Part shown: one piece after another, positions 23,200 through 31,703 of the stretch | Layout of the letters: each line of letters opens with the position of its first letter | Position numbering within the stretch: the first letter of the stretch is position 1 | NCBI GenBank assembly: GCA_017526905.1 | Contig: JAFXQT010000090.1 | Location: forward strand, 6,927 to 70,926 | Direction: 5' to 3' | Source of the DNA: Bacteroidaceae bacterium | Lineage (GTDB): Bacteria; Bacteroidota; Bacteroidia; Bacteroidales; Bacteroidaceae | DNA length: 64,000 nucleotides | Notes under the pieces: model-generated | What the model was told of the DNA's origin: nothing | The model's database searches: none | Seen by the model: the letters and a program-made list of their open reading frames with translations, nothing else | Translations under genes and position numbers: made by a program

Positions 23200-23239
23200 C
23201 TGTCCATTTCCGGACACACCAGTGTTCGGAAATGGACAG
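23200..23239. promoter_or_regulatory. 18-bp-stem inverted repeat = two tandem 16-bp palindromes (candidate enhancer/UAS, or terminator of carA::carB')
   Basis: CTGTCCATTTCCGGACAC-acca-GTGTTCGGAAATGGACAG. It resolves into TGTCC-N6-GGACA (23201-23216) and TGTTC-N6-GGACA (23223-23238), with centres 22 bp apart. The centre lies ~65 bp upstream of the -24 GG. Confidence 0.5.
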
Positions 23240-23270
23240 AAGTGACGGCCACGAGTGATCAACGACGCCG

Positions 23271-26108
23271 TTATAGATAGGAAAGGTAGAGGTAGTTGGT
23301 CTGTGCCGGATACTCGGCTGCGAGGGTGTCAATCTGGTGGCACATGGGCAGTATGCCGAGTTCCTTGCGCCACTGGCGGACTGTGAGCCCAGCCTGCTCC
23401 ATGCTCATGTTCGCCTCAAGACATAGCGCACGGGCTATCTGGAAGTCGGAAAAACCATAAATTTTAGCCTCACGGAGCAGCTCACCGAATTCGGGCTGCT
23501 CAAGGAGCTCCAGGAACTCGGTCGGTTCCATATATCCCATGCACGAGGCCAGATAGGAGAACTGCCCCAGGCGGTGGTTGGTGCTGATGATATGGCTGAG
23601 CTTTTCCAAAAACCAACGGTCAATGCTGGTTAGTTGGTGGATCTGATCTGTGGAGTAGCCCATCATCATGGCCTTGGCAATGGCAAAGATACGTATGTCG
23701 GTGGCGTGACGGAGCGCGTCGGGAACATCGGGAATCTTTATCGCGTGGTTATCCACGAAACCGTGCATCCCCTGCCCTATCATGCGCAAGCCTTTCTGTA
23801 TGGCCTCCTCGAAAGTGCGCCCAATGGCCATCACCTCGCCCACACTCTTCATGCTTGAGCCCAACTCGTGGTTGACACCATGAAACTTCGTGAGGTCCCA
23901 GCGGGGTATCTTGCACACCACGTAGTCAAGGGCGGGTTCGAAGAAAGCGCTGGTGGTCTTGGTGACGGCATTCTTCAGTTCGAAGAGGCCATAGCCCAAC
24001 CCGAGCTTGGCTGCCACAAAGGCCAAAGGATAGCCCGTGGCTTTTGATGCCAGGGCAGACGAGCGGCTGAGGCGGGCATTGACCTCAATGACACGATAAT
24101 CCTCTGAATCGGGGTCGAGGGCGTACTGGACATTGCACTCGCCAACAATACCGATGTGGCGTACAATCTTGATGGCCAGGGCACGCAACTTGTGGTATTC
24201 GCTGTTCGAAAGCGTCTGCGAGGGAGCCACCACAATCGACTCGCCTGTATGGATGCCCAGAGGGTCGAAGTTCTCCATGTTGCAGACGGTGATACAGTTG
24301 TCATAGCGGTCCCGCACAACCTCATACTCTATCTCCTTCCACCCTCGCAGCGACTTCTCCACCAACACCTGCGGCGAGAAGGCGAAAGCCTCCGCTGCCT
24401 GCGCCAACAGTTGCTCGTCATTGTCGCAGAAGCCCGAGCCAAGGCCGCCGAGGGCGTAGGCGGCACGAAGTATGACGGGGAAGCCCAGTCCGCGAGCGGC
24501 CTTCTGCACTTCTTCCACGGTGCTGCAGGCTACGCTCTTGATGGTCTTCACGCCAATCTCGTCGAGTCGCTTTACAAAAAGGTCGCGGTCTTCAGTATCG
24601 ATGATGGCTTGCACAGGAGTGCCCAGCACCTTTACACCATATTTCTCGAAGACGCCTCTCCTGTAGAGCTCCACGCCGCAGTTCAGGGCAGTCTGCCCGC
24701 CAAAAGAGAGCAGGATGCCATCGGGCCGCTCCTTCTCTATAACACGCTCCACGAACTCGGGCGTAACGGGTTGGAAATAGACGGTATCTGCCACATCCTT
24801 CGAGGTTTGGACCGTGGCGATGTTAGGATTGATGAGGATGGAGCGGATGCCCTCTTCCTTCAAAGCCTTCAGCGCCTGAGCACCGCTGTAGTCAAACTCG
24901 CCGGCCTGCCCGATCTTGAGAGCACCGCTGCCAAGGAGGAGGACCTTATTAAGGTTTTGAGGTTTTAAGGTTTTGAGGTCTTGAGGTTTTAAGGTTATTA
25001 GGTTTTGAGGTGAAGCAACCTTATAACCTGAGACCCAACAGACGAACTCATCAAACATCCATTCCGTGTCGGTAGGGCCGGAGCAGGCTTCGGGGTGGAA
25101 CTGTGCTGAGAACCAAGGCAACGTCTTGTGGCGGATACCCTCGTTGGAGCCGTCGTTCATGTTCACAAACAAAGGTTCCCAGTCGGCAGGAAGCGTTGAG
25201 GCATCGACGGCATAGCCATGATTCTGGCTCGTGATGAAGCAACGGGTGGTGCCTGCGAGCCGCACGGGCTGGTTATGACTGCGATGACCGTACTTCAGCT
25301 TGTATGTCTTAGCACCTACGGCCCTGGCCAGGAGCTGGTTGCCCAGGCAGATGCCCATGAGCGGCCGAACATTCGGCTTGTTAAGGAATGTGCGTATGTG
25401 CTCCACCGTCTTGCTGCATCGCTCAGGGTCGCCAGGGCCGTTCGACAGGAACAGGCCATCGAAGTCAAGCTGGTTGAAGTCGTAGTCCCACGGAACCCTG
25501 ATGACCTCTACGCCCCGATCCACCAGACAGCGGATGATATTGGCCTTGACACCGCAGTCAACCAGCACGACCCGCTTGCCGGCTCCCTCGTTATAGCGGA
25601 TGACCTCCTTGCAGCTCACCTGCTCCACCCAATTGATGCTTCCATAATCAGCCTGTCCTGAATAATCATAGTTATCGGAATACTCCGAAATGATGATATG
25701 CCCTCGCATCACGCCGCACTCCCTGATCCGCCGGGTGAGCCTTCGCGTGTCGATGCCCGTGATGGCTGGCACCATCTCTTGCTTCAGCCATTCGGAGAGC
25801 GACTCCTTGGCATTCCAGTGGCTGTACTTCTCGCTGTAATCTGCCACGACAAGGCCCTTGACGTGAATGTGCTCGCTTTCCATAAATTTAGGCAAAGGCG
25901 CGCCTCCTGTCTCAGGGACACCATAGTTGCCTATCAACGGAAAAGTCGTCACCAGTATCTGACCTGCATAGCTTGGGTCGGTCAGGCTTTCAGGGTAGCC
26001 CGTCATGGCTGTGTTGAACACCACTTCGCCCACGGCGTCGGCCTCGTAGCCAAAACTCTTGCCGTGAAACTGAGTTCCATCACTCAATATCAATATTGCG
26101 TCCTTCAT
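23271..26108 (-). CDS. carA: carbamoyl-phosphate synthase small subunit (CarA) fused to an N-terminal half of the large subunit (CarB')
   Basis: Residues 1-~365 are CarA, with the GATase triad context (GICLGNQLL, SQNHGYAV, FSAQFHPE). A 20-25-aa linker (QNLITLKPQDLKTLKPQNLNK) is encoded by an 8-nt tandem repeat. Residues ~385-945 match the first ATP-grasp plus oligomerisation domains of CarB (LGSGALKIGQAGEFDYSG ... EVNARLSRSSALASKATGYPLA ...). The protein ends at YLYLSYL, the alignment position where the full-length CarB in this window continues into its second half. Confidence 0.8.
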   Translation of the reverse strand: MKDAILILSDGTQFHGKSFGYEADAVGEVVFNTAMTGYPESLTDPSYAGQILVTTFPLIGNYGVPETGGAPLPKFMESEHIHVKGLVVADYSEKYSHWNAKESLSEWLKQEMVPAITGIDTRRLTRRIRECGVMRGHIIISEYSDNYDYSGQADYGSINWVEQVSCKEVIRYNEGAGKRVVLVDCGVKANIIRCLVDRGVEVIRVPWDYDFNQLDFDGLFLSNGPGDPERCSKTVEHIRTFLNKPNVRPLMGICLGNQLLARAVGAKTYKLKYGHRSHNQPVRLAGTTRCFITSQNHGYAVDASTLPADWEPLFVNMNDGSNEGIRHKTLPWFSAQFHPEACSGPTDTEWMFDEFVCWVSGYKVASPQNLITLKPQDLKTLKPQNLNKVLLLGSGALKIGQAGEFDYSGAQALKALKEEGIRSILINPNIATVQTSKDVADTVYFQPVTPEFVERVIEKERPDGILLSFGGQTALNCGVELYRRGVFEKYGVKVLGTPVQAIIDTEDRDLFVKRLDEIGVKTIKSVACSTVEEVQKAARGLGFPVILRAAYALGGLGSGFCDNDEQLLAQAAEAFAFSPQVLVEKSLRGWKEIEYEVVRDRYDNCITVCNMENFDPLGIHTGESIVVAPSQTLSNSEYHKLRALAIKIVRHIGIVGECNVQYALDPDSEDYRVIEVNARLSRSSALASKATGYPLAFVAAKLGLGYGLFELKNAVTKTTSAFFEPALDYVVCKIPRWDLTKFHGVNHELGSSMKSVGEVMAIGRTFEEAIQKGLRMIGQGMHGFVDNHAIKIPDVPDALRHATDIRIFAIAKAMMMGYSTDQIHQLTSIDRWFLEKLSHIISTNHRLGQFSYLASCMGYMEPTEFLELLEQPEFGELLREAKIYGFSDFQIARALCLEANMSMEQAGLTVRQWRKELGILPMCHQIDTLAAEYPAQTNYLYLSYL
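24947..25012. repeat. 8-nt tandem array RAGGTTTT inside the carA::carB' CDS
   Basis: TTAAGGTTTTGAGGTTTTAAGGTTTTGAGGTCTTGAGGTTTTAAGGTTATTAGGTTTTGAGG. It encodes the linker LITLKPQDLKTLKPQNL (three 8-nt units make 8 codons). Confidence 0.9.
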
Positions 26109-26125
26109 CTAATTGATAGCTTTGT

Positions 26126-26157
26126 GATAAATAGTAAGTCGTAAATAGTAAATGGTG
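26126..26157. repeat. TAAATAG-type heptamer array
   Basis: GATAAATAGTAAGTCGTAAATAGTAAATGGTG, between asnB and carA. Confidence 0.8.
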
Positions 26158-27822
26158 TCAGTAAGCCTGTTCATGAACGCCTTTGACAGCCCTGCCGCTT
26201 GGGTCGTTCATATTCTTGAAAGCCGCGTCCCATTCCAGCGCGATGGCCGTGGAGCAGGCCACACTTGCCTCCTGGTTCACGCTCCGGGCTGCCGAGTCGC
26301 TGGGGAAGTGTTCGGCAAAGATGCTGCGGTAGTAGTACTCCTCTTTGTTGAGCGGCGGGTTGACAGGGAAGCGTTCGGCTGCATGTGCCATCTGCTCGTC
26401 GCTGACCACCTCGGAAGTTATCCGCTTCAACGTGTCAATCCACGAATAGCCTACGCCATCGCTGAACTGTTCCTTCTGCCGCCAGACAATCTCCTCGGGC
26501 AACATATCGGCGAAAGCTTCGCGCACTATTTTCTTCTCAATCGTCGCACCAGGACACATCTTGGCTTCGGGATTAGTCCTCATGGCCACATCGAGGAATT
26601 CCTTGTCGAGAAACGGCACACGCCCCTCCACACCCCAGGCCGAGAGGCTCTTGTTCGCCCGCAGACAGTCATAGTAGTGCAGTTTGCCGAGCTTGCGCAC
26701 GGTCTCCTCGTGGAAAGCCCTTGCGCTCGGAGCCTTGTGGAAATAAAGATAGCCGCCGAACACCTCGTCGGCGCCCTCGCCCGAGAGCACCATCTTGATG
26801 CCCATCGACTTGATGACACGTGCCAGCAGGTACATTGGCGTGGAGGCACGCACGGTGGTCACGTCGTAGGTCTCGATGAAATAGATGACGTCGCGGATGG
26901 CATCCAAGCCCTCCTGTATGGTGTAGTTAATCTCATGATGTACAGTGCCTATATGCTCGGCCACGAGGCGCGCCTTCGCCAGGTCGGGCGCTCCCTTCAG
27001 CCCCACGGCAAAGCTGTGCAGACGAGGCCAGTAGGCGCGCGACTGCGAGTCATCCTCGATGCGATGCTCGCTAAACTGCTCTGCGATGGCAGAGATGACG
27101 GACGAGTCCAGTCCGCCGCTGAGCAGCACGCCGTAGGGCACGTCGGACATCAGCTGGCGCTTCACCGAGGCCATGAGCGCATCGCGAATGGCGGCGCTGC
27201 TGGCGGCGTTGTCTTTGACGGCAGCGTAGTCGAACCAGTCGCGCTGGTAATATCGCTTCATACCAGGCTCGCCGCTCCAATAATAGTGCCCCGGCAGGAA
27301 AGGCTCATAGCGCTCACACTGTCCTTCGAGCGCCTTCAGTTCGGAGGCCACGTACACCGTGCCGTCGCTGTCATAACCTATATATAAGGGTATCACGCCG
27401 ATGGGATCGCGGGCTATCAGGAACTCGTCCCGCTCCTCATCATAGAGGGCGAAGGCAAAGATGCCGCTGATGCCCTCCAGGAAGCGAATGCCCTTGTCGC
27501 GATAGAGCGCAAGGATCACCTCGCAGTCGCTGCCCGTCTGGAACTCGTAGCGACCGGCATACTGGCGGCGAATCTCCTGGTGATTGTAGATCTCTCCGTT
27601 GACGGCCAGCACCACCTTCCTGTCGGGCGAGAACAGCGGCTGTCCGCCGCTCTCGGGGTCCACGATGGAGAGACGTTCGTGGGCAAGGATGGCCGAACCG
27701 CCGCAATAGATGCCGCTCCAGTCCGGGCCGCGGTGCCTGATTTTCTGACTCATGCGCAGAGCCTTCTCGCGAAGAGCGTGCGTCTGCTGCTTAATATTGA
27801 ATATTGATACGATTCCACACAT
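26158..27822 (-). CDS. asnB: asparagine synthase (glutamine-hydrolysing)
   Basis: 554 aa. MCGIVSIF gives an N-terminal Cys nucleophile. The SGGLDSS pyrophosphatase loop is present, and the layout is typical AsnB. Confidence 0.95.
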   Translation of the reverse strand: MCGIVSIFNIKQQTHALREKALRMSQKIRHRGPDWSGIYCGGSAILAHERLSIVDPESGGQPLFSPDRKVVLAVNGEIYNHQEIRRQYAGRYEFQTGSDCEVILALYRDKGIRFLEGISGIFAFALYDEERDEFLIARDPIGVIPLYIGYDSDGTVYVASELKALEGQCERYEPFLPGHYYWSGEPGMKRYYQRDWFDYAAVKDNAASSAAIRDALMASVKRQLMSDVPYGVLLSGGLDSSVISAIAEQFSEHRIEDDSQSRAYWPRLHSFAVGLKGAPDLAKARLVAEHIGTVHHEINYTIQEGLDAIRDVIYFIETYDVTTVRASTPMYLLARVIKSMGIKMVLSGEGADEVFGGYLYFHKAPSARAFHEETVRKLGKLHYYDCLRANKSLSAWGVEGRVPFLDKEFLDVAMRTNPEAKMCPGATIEKKIVREAFADMLPEEIVWRQKEQFSDGVGYSWIDTLKRITSEVVSDEQMAHAAERFPVNPPLNKEEYYYRSIFAEHFPSDSAARSVNQEASVACSTAIALEWDAAFKNMNDPSGRAVKGVHEQAY

Positions 27823-27826
27823 GATA

Positions 27827-27863
27827 ACATTTATTATTTATCATTTACCATTTACTATTTAAC
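27827..27863. repeat. ATTTAYY heptamer array
   Basis: Immediately 5' of the asnB ATG. The sense strand reads GTTAAATAGTAAATGGTAAATGATAAATAATAAATGT. Confidence 0.8.
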
Positions 27864-27980
27864 TTTCGCCCTACACCCTCCATTCACTCGCCCCAAGGGG
27901 GAGGGCGCTTAGCGCCGGATAACGCCACGCAGCCCCTGTCAGGGGCTACATAGTTCTAATAGCACCTTGTCAAATGGGCT

Positions 27981-28022
27981 CATCTTTTCACTTTTATCTC
28001 TTATCTTTCATCTCTTCTTCTC
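27981..28022. repeat. CATCTTTT/ATCTCTT heptamer array
   Basis: Immediately 3' of the glmS stop. With 27827-27863 it brackets GC hairpins at ~27889-27949. Confidence 0.75.
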
Positions 28023-28024
28023 CC

Positions 28025-29869
28025 CTATTCCACCGTCACGCTTTTGGCCAGGTTCCTGGGGCGGTCAACATCTTTGCCCTTGCACACAGCGATGTGATAA
28101 GCCAGCAGCTGAAGGGGTATGCTGGCGATGAGGGGTTGGAAACACTCGAGCGTGTCGGGCAGGGTGATGACGTGGTCGGCGAACTTCTGAATCTGCGTGT
28201 CGCCTTCGGTGACGAGTGCCGTGACACGTCCGCCGCGTGCCCGCACCTCCTGAATGTTCGAGATGACCTTCTCGTACAGACGGTCGCGCGTGGCAATGAC
28301 GAAGACGGGCATCTCGCTGTCGATGAGGGCGATGGGTCCGTGCTTCATCTCGGCAGCCGGATAGCCCTCGGCATGAATATAGGAGATCTCCTTCAGCTTC
28401 AAGGCCCCTTCCAGCGCCAAGGGATAGTTGTAGCCGCGCCCTAAGTAGAGGCAATTCTTGGCGTAGGTGAAGATAGGCGCCAGCTGTGCTATCTGCTCAT
28501 TGGTCTCGAGGGCCTGCTCCATCTTGGCAGGAATCTGGGTCAGTTCCCCCACCATCTGCCGATACAGTTCCTCGGAGACAGTACCGCGTTCTGCCGCCAG
28601 GCAAAGCGCCAGCATCGTGAGCACCGCCACCTGGCCCGTGAAGGCCTTCGTAGAGGCGACACCGATCTCAGGACCGACGTGGATATATGTCCCCGTGTCC
28701 GTAGCTCTCGGAATGCTCGATCCGATGGCGTTGCAGATGCCGTAGATGAAGGCTCCACGCTCCTTGGCCAGCTGGATGGCAGCCAGCGTGTCGGCCGTCT
28801 CGCCGCTCTGCGAGATGGCTATCACCACATCCTCCTTCGTCACTACAGGGTTGCGATAGCGGAACTCCGAGGCATACTCCACCTCGCACGGGATGCGGCA
28901 CAGGCTCTCGAAGAGCTGACCCGCGATGAGGCCGGCATGCCACGACGTGCCGCAGGCCACAATCACGATGCGTTTCGCGCCAATCAGCTGACGGCGGTAG
29001 TCAATCATGGCCGACAGCGTCACATGGTCGCCATCCACGTTGATGCGCCCTCGCATACAGTTCTTCAGGCATGCCGGCTGCTCGAAGATCTCCTTCAGCA
29101 TGAAATGTTCATAGCCGCCTTTCTCTATCTGTCCGAGGTCCAGGTCCACCGTGCTTACTTTCAGTTCCTGCTCCTGCCCGAGGATGCTCACCACCTTCAG
29201 CTCCTCCCCCAGCCGGATCACCGCGATGTTGCCGTCCTCGAGATACACCACCTTGTCGGTGTAGTCGATGATCGGGCTGGCATCGGAACCCAGGAAAAAC
29301 TCATCCTTGCCGATACCCACCACCAGGGGGCTCTGCTTGCGCGCAGCAACGATCTGGTTGGGGTCGCGCTTATCCACAATGGCGATGGCGTAGGCGCCAA
29401 TCACCTGGTGCAGTGCCACCCGTACGGCCTCAAGCAACGACAGGCTCCGCCTCACCATGATATACTCCACCAGCTGCACCAGCACCTCCGTGTCCGTGTC
29501 GCTCTTGAACTCCACACCCTTCGCCTGAAGCTGCGTCTTGATGTCCGCGTAGTTCTCGATAATGCCATTATGGATGATGGCCAGGTTGTGGCTCCGGGAA
29601 TAATGCGGATGAGCGTTGCGCGCCGATGGCTCGCCATGCGTCGCCCAGCGCGTATGGGCAATCCCTACGCACCCCGTCACATCCTTGTCGCTGCAATACT
29701 CAGTCAGGTTGTCCACCTTACCCTTGGTCTTGTACACATTCAGGTCGCCGCCATCGCTGATCATTGCCACGCCGGCGCTGTCATAGCCACGATACTCCAG
29801 GCGCTTCAGGCCTTTAATCAGTATCGGATAGGCTTGCTTGGTTCCTATGTAACCTACGATTCCACACAT
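28025..29869 (-). CDS. glmS: glutamine--fructose-6-phosphate aminotransferase
   Basis: 614 aa. N-terminus MCGIVGYIG, two SIS domains, C-terminal ...DVDRPRNLAKSVTVE, characteristic of GlmS. Confidence 0.95.
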   Translation of the reverse strand: MCGIVGYIGTKQAYPILIKGLKRLEYRGYDSAGVAMISDGGDLNVYKTKGKVDNLTEYCSDKDVTGCVGIAHTRWATHGEPSARNAHPHYSRSHNLAIIHNGIIENYADIKTQLQAKGVEFKSDTDTEVLVQLVEYIMVRRSLSLLEAVRVALHQVIGAYAIAIVDKRDPNQIVAARKQSPLVVGIGKDEFFLGSDASPIIDYTDKVVYLEDGNIAVIRLGEELKVVSILGQEQELKVSTVDLDLGQIEKGGYEHFMLKEIFEQPACLKNCMRGRINVDGDHVTLSAMIDYRRQLIGAKRIVIVACGTSWHAGLIAGQLFESLCRIPCEVEYASEFRYRNPVVTKEDVVIAISQSGETADTLAAIQLAKERGAFIYGICNAIGSSIPRATDTGTYIHVGPEIGVASTKAFTGQVAVLTMLALCLAAERGTVSEELYRQMVGELTQIPAKMEQALETNEQIAQLAPIFTYAKNCLYLGRGYNYPLALEGALKLKEISYIHAEGYPAAEMKHGPIALIDSEMPVFVIATRDRLYEKVISNIQEVRARGGRVTALVTEGDTQIQKFADHVITLPDTLECFQPLIASIPLQLLAYHIAVCKGKDVDRPRNLAKSVTVE

Positions 29870-29870
29870 G

Positions 29871-29920
29871 ATGTTATTTACTATTTAATGATTTACTATT
29901 GTCCATTATCCATTGGCCAT
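29871..29920. repeat. ATTTACT/CCATTRK heptamer array
   Basis: It lies between the purF-like stop and the glmS ATG, and encodes the purF-like C-terminus (MANG). Confidence 0.8.
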
Positions 29921-31663
29921 CTTATTCTCTATATATTCCACAAAGGCCTTGTTCACGAGGCGCGTGCCACCGGGCGTGGGGTAACACCCCGTGAAATACC
30001 AGTCGCCACCATGCTCGGGGCAGGCGGCATGCAAGCCATCGATGGTCTGAAACACGAACTCCACGGGGGCCTGCATCCCTGCCGGACGCAGCATCTCGGC
30101 CATCTTTCGGTTGATATCCTCTTCGGTGAAAGGCTCGTAGATGGCGCAGACACAGTTCCGCTGCTCACACTTAGGCTTTGCCAGCTCAGACTTGCAGCTT
30201 CGGTACGTGGCCTCAATGAGCGTTTCCATACCACACTCACGCAACAGCGCTATGGCGGCACGGAAAGCACAGAACTCCTCCAGCCGAGCCATGTCAATCC
30301 CGTAGTAGTCTGGATAGCGCACCTGCGGCGCACTGCTCACCATCACTATCTTCCGCGGATGCAGGCGGTCCAGGATCTTGAAAATGCTCTCCCGCAAAGT
30401 GGTGCCCCGGACGATGCTGTCGTCGATGATGACGAGGCTATCGTCGTATGGCCGCAGCGAACCGTAGGTGATGTCATAGACGTGCGAAGCGAGGTCATTG
30501 CGCGAGCCTGCCTCGGTGATGAAGGTGCGCAACTTGATGTCCTTCCACGCCACCTTCTCGCTTCGCACGCTGAGCCCCTCGCTGCGTAAGCCCTCCATCA
30601 TTCCGTAGAAGGCAACCTCGGCCGTGTTGGGGATAAAGGAGAAGACGGTGTGCTCGGTATCTCCGTCGATGGCTCGGAGTATGGGTTCCGTGAGTTGCTG
30701 CCCCAGCTGCTTGCGCTCACGGTAAATGTCGCGGTCGGAGCCGCGGCTGAAGTAGATGCGCTCAAATGAACAGCGCGCCTGCAGACGAGCCTCCAAGATG
30801 GTCTCCAACGCCGACGTGCCGTCCTTGTGCACGATGAGCGCTTGGCCTGCAGGCAGTTCACGGACATCGTCGCAGGCGAGATCGAAGGTCGTCTGCAGCA
30901 CGGCACGCTCGCTGGCCACGGCCACCACCTCGTCGTCACGATAGAAAAAGGCGGGGCGGATGCCCCAAGGGTCGCGCATGGCAAACATCTCGCCACTGCC
31001 CGTCATGCCGCACATGACGTAGCCACCGTCGTAATCGGCCATCGTGGTGCGAAGCACATTGGCCATCTGCACGTGATCCTCTATGTAGCGCGTGATGTCT
31101 GTCCCTTCCAGCCCGTTGGCCTTTGCCTCGACAAACAGGCGTTCCACCTCGCGGTCCAGCCGGTGTCCCATCAGTTCGAGCGTGATGTAGGAGTCGCTGT
31201 AGATGCGAGGCGACTGCCCCTGCGCCACCATCTTCTCGAACACCTCGCCGATGTTCGTCATGTTGAAGTTGCCACAGAGACACAGGTTCTTGGCACGCCA
31301 GTTGTTGCGGCGCAGGAAGGGATGGACATACTGCAGGCCGCTCTTGCCCGTCGTGCTGTAGCGCAGGTGGCCCATGAAGAGTTGTGCCTTGGCCCATTCG
31401 GGTGTGATGACGTCAAAGACCGAGGTGATGGCATCCTTGCCCATCGCTTTCTCACGGAACATATACTCCCTCCCCACCTCGGCATTCATGTCCACGCAGG
31501 CAATGCCAGCTCCTTCCTGTCCTCGGTTATGCTGCTTCTCCATCATCAGATAGAGCTTGCCGAGGCCGTAGGACGCAGTGCCATACTTCTCTTTATAGTA
31601 GCCCTGCGGCTTCAGCAGTCTAATCAGTGCCACACCGCATTCATGCTTCAACTGTTCCACCAT
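29906..31663 (-). CDS. purF: amidophosphoribosyltransferase (long Bacteroidota-type PurF-like)
   Basis: 585 aa. Ntn-type start (MVEQLKHECGVALI), PRTase loop (LVIIDDSIVRGTT), and a longer C-terminal part than classical PurF. The assignment to de novo purine synthesis is inferred from the family. Confidence 0.8.
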   Translation of the reverse strand: MVEQLKHECGVALIRLLKPQGYYKEKYGTASYGLGKLYLMMEKQHNRGQEGAGIACVDMNAEVGREYMFREKAMGKDAITSVFDVITPEWAKAQLFMGHLRYSTTGKSGLQYVHPFLRRNNWRAKNLCLCGNFNMTNIGEVFEKMVAQGQSPRIYSDSYITLELMGHRLDREVERLFVEAKANGLEGTDITRYIEDHVQMANVLRTTMADYDGGYVMCGMTGSGEMFAMRDPWGIRPAFFYRDDEVVAVASERAVLQTTFDLACDDVRELPAGQALIVHKDGTSALETILEARLQARCSFERIYFSRGSDRDIYRERKQLGQQLTEPILRAIDGDTEHTVFSFIPNTAEVAFYGMMEGLRSEGLSVRSEKVAWKDIKLRTFITEAGSRNDLASHVYDITYGSLRPYDDSLVIIDDSIVRGTTLRESIFKILDRLHPRKIVMVSSAPQVRYPDYYGIDMARLEEFCAFRAAIALLRECGMETLIEATYRSCKSELAKPKCEQRNCVCAIYEPFTEEDINRKMAEMLRPAGMQAPVEFVFQTIDGLHAACPEHGGDWYFTGCYPTPGGTRLVNKAFVEYIENKMANG

Positions 31664-31665
31664 CT

Positions 31666-31703
31666 CAATTTACAATTTGACGATTTACTATTTACGATTT
31701 ATC
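31666..31703. repeat. ATTTACR heptamer array
   Basis: It lies between the pyrG stop and the purF-like ATG. Confidence 0.8.
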
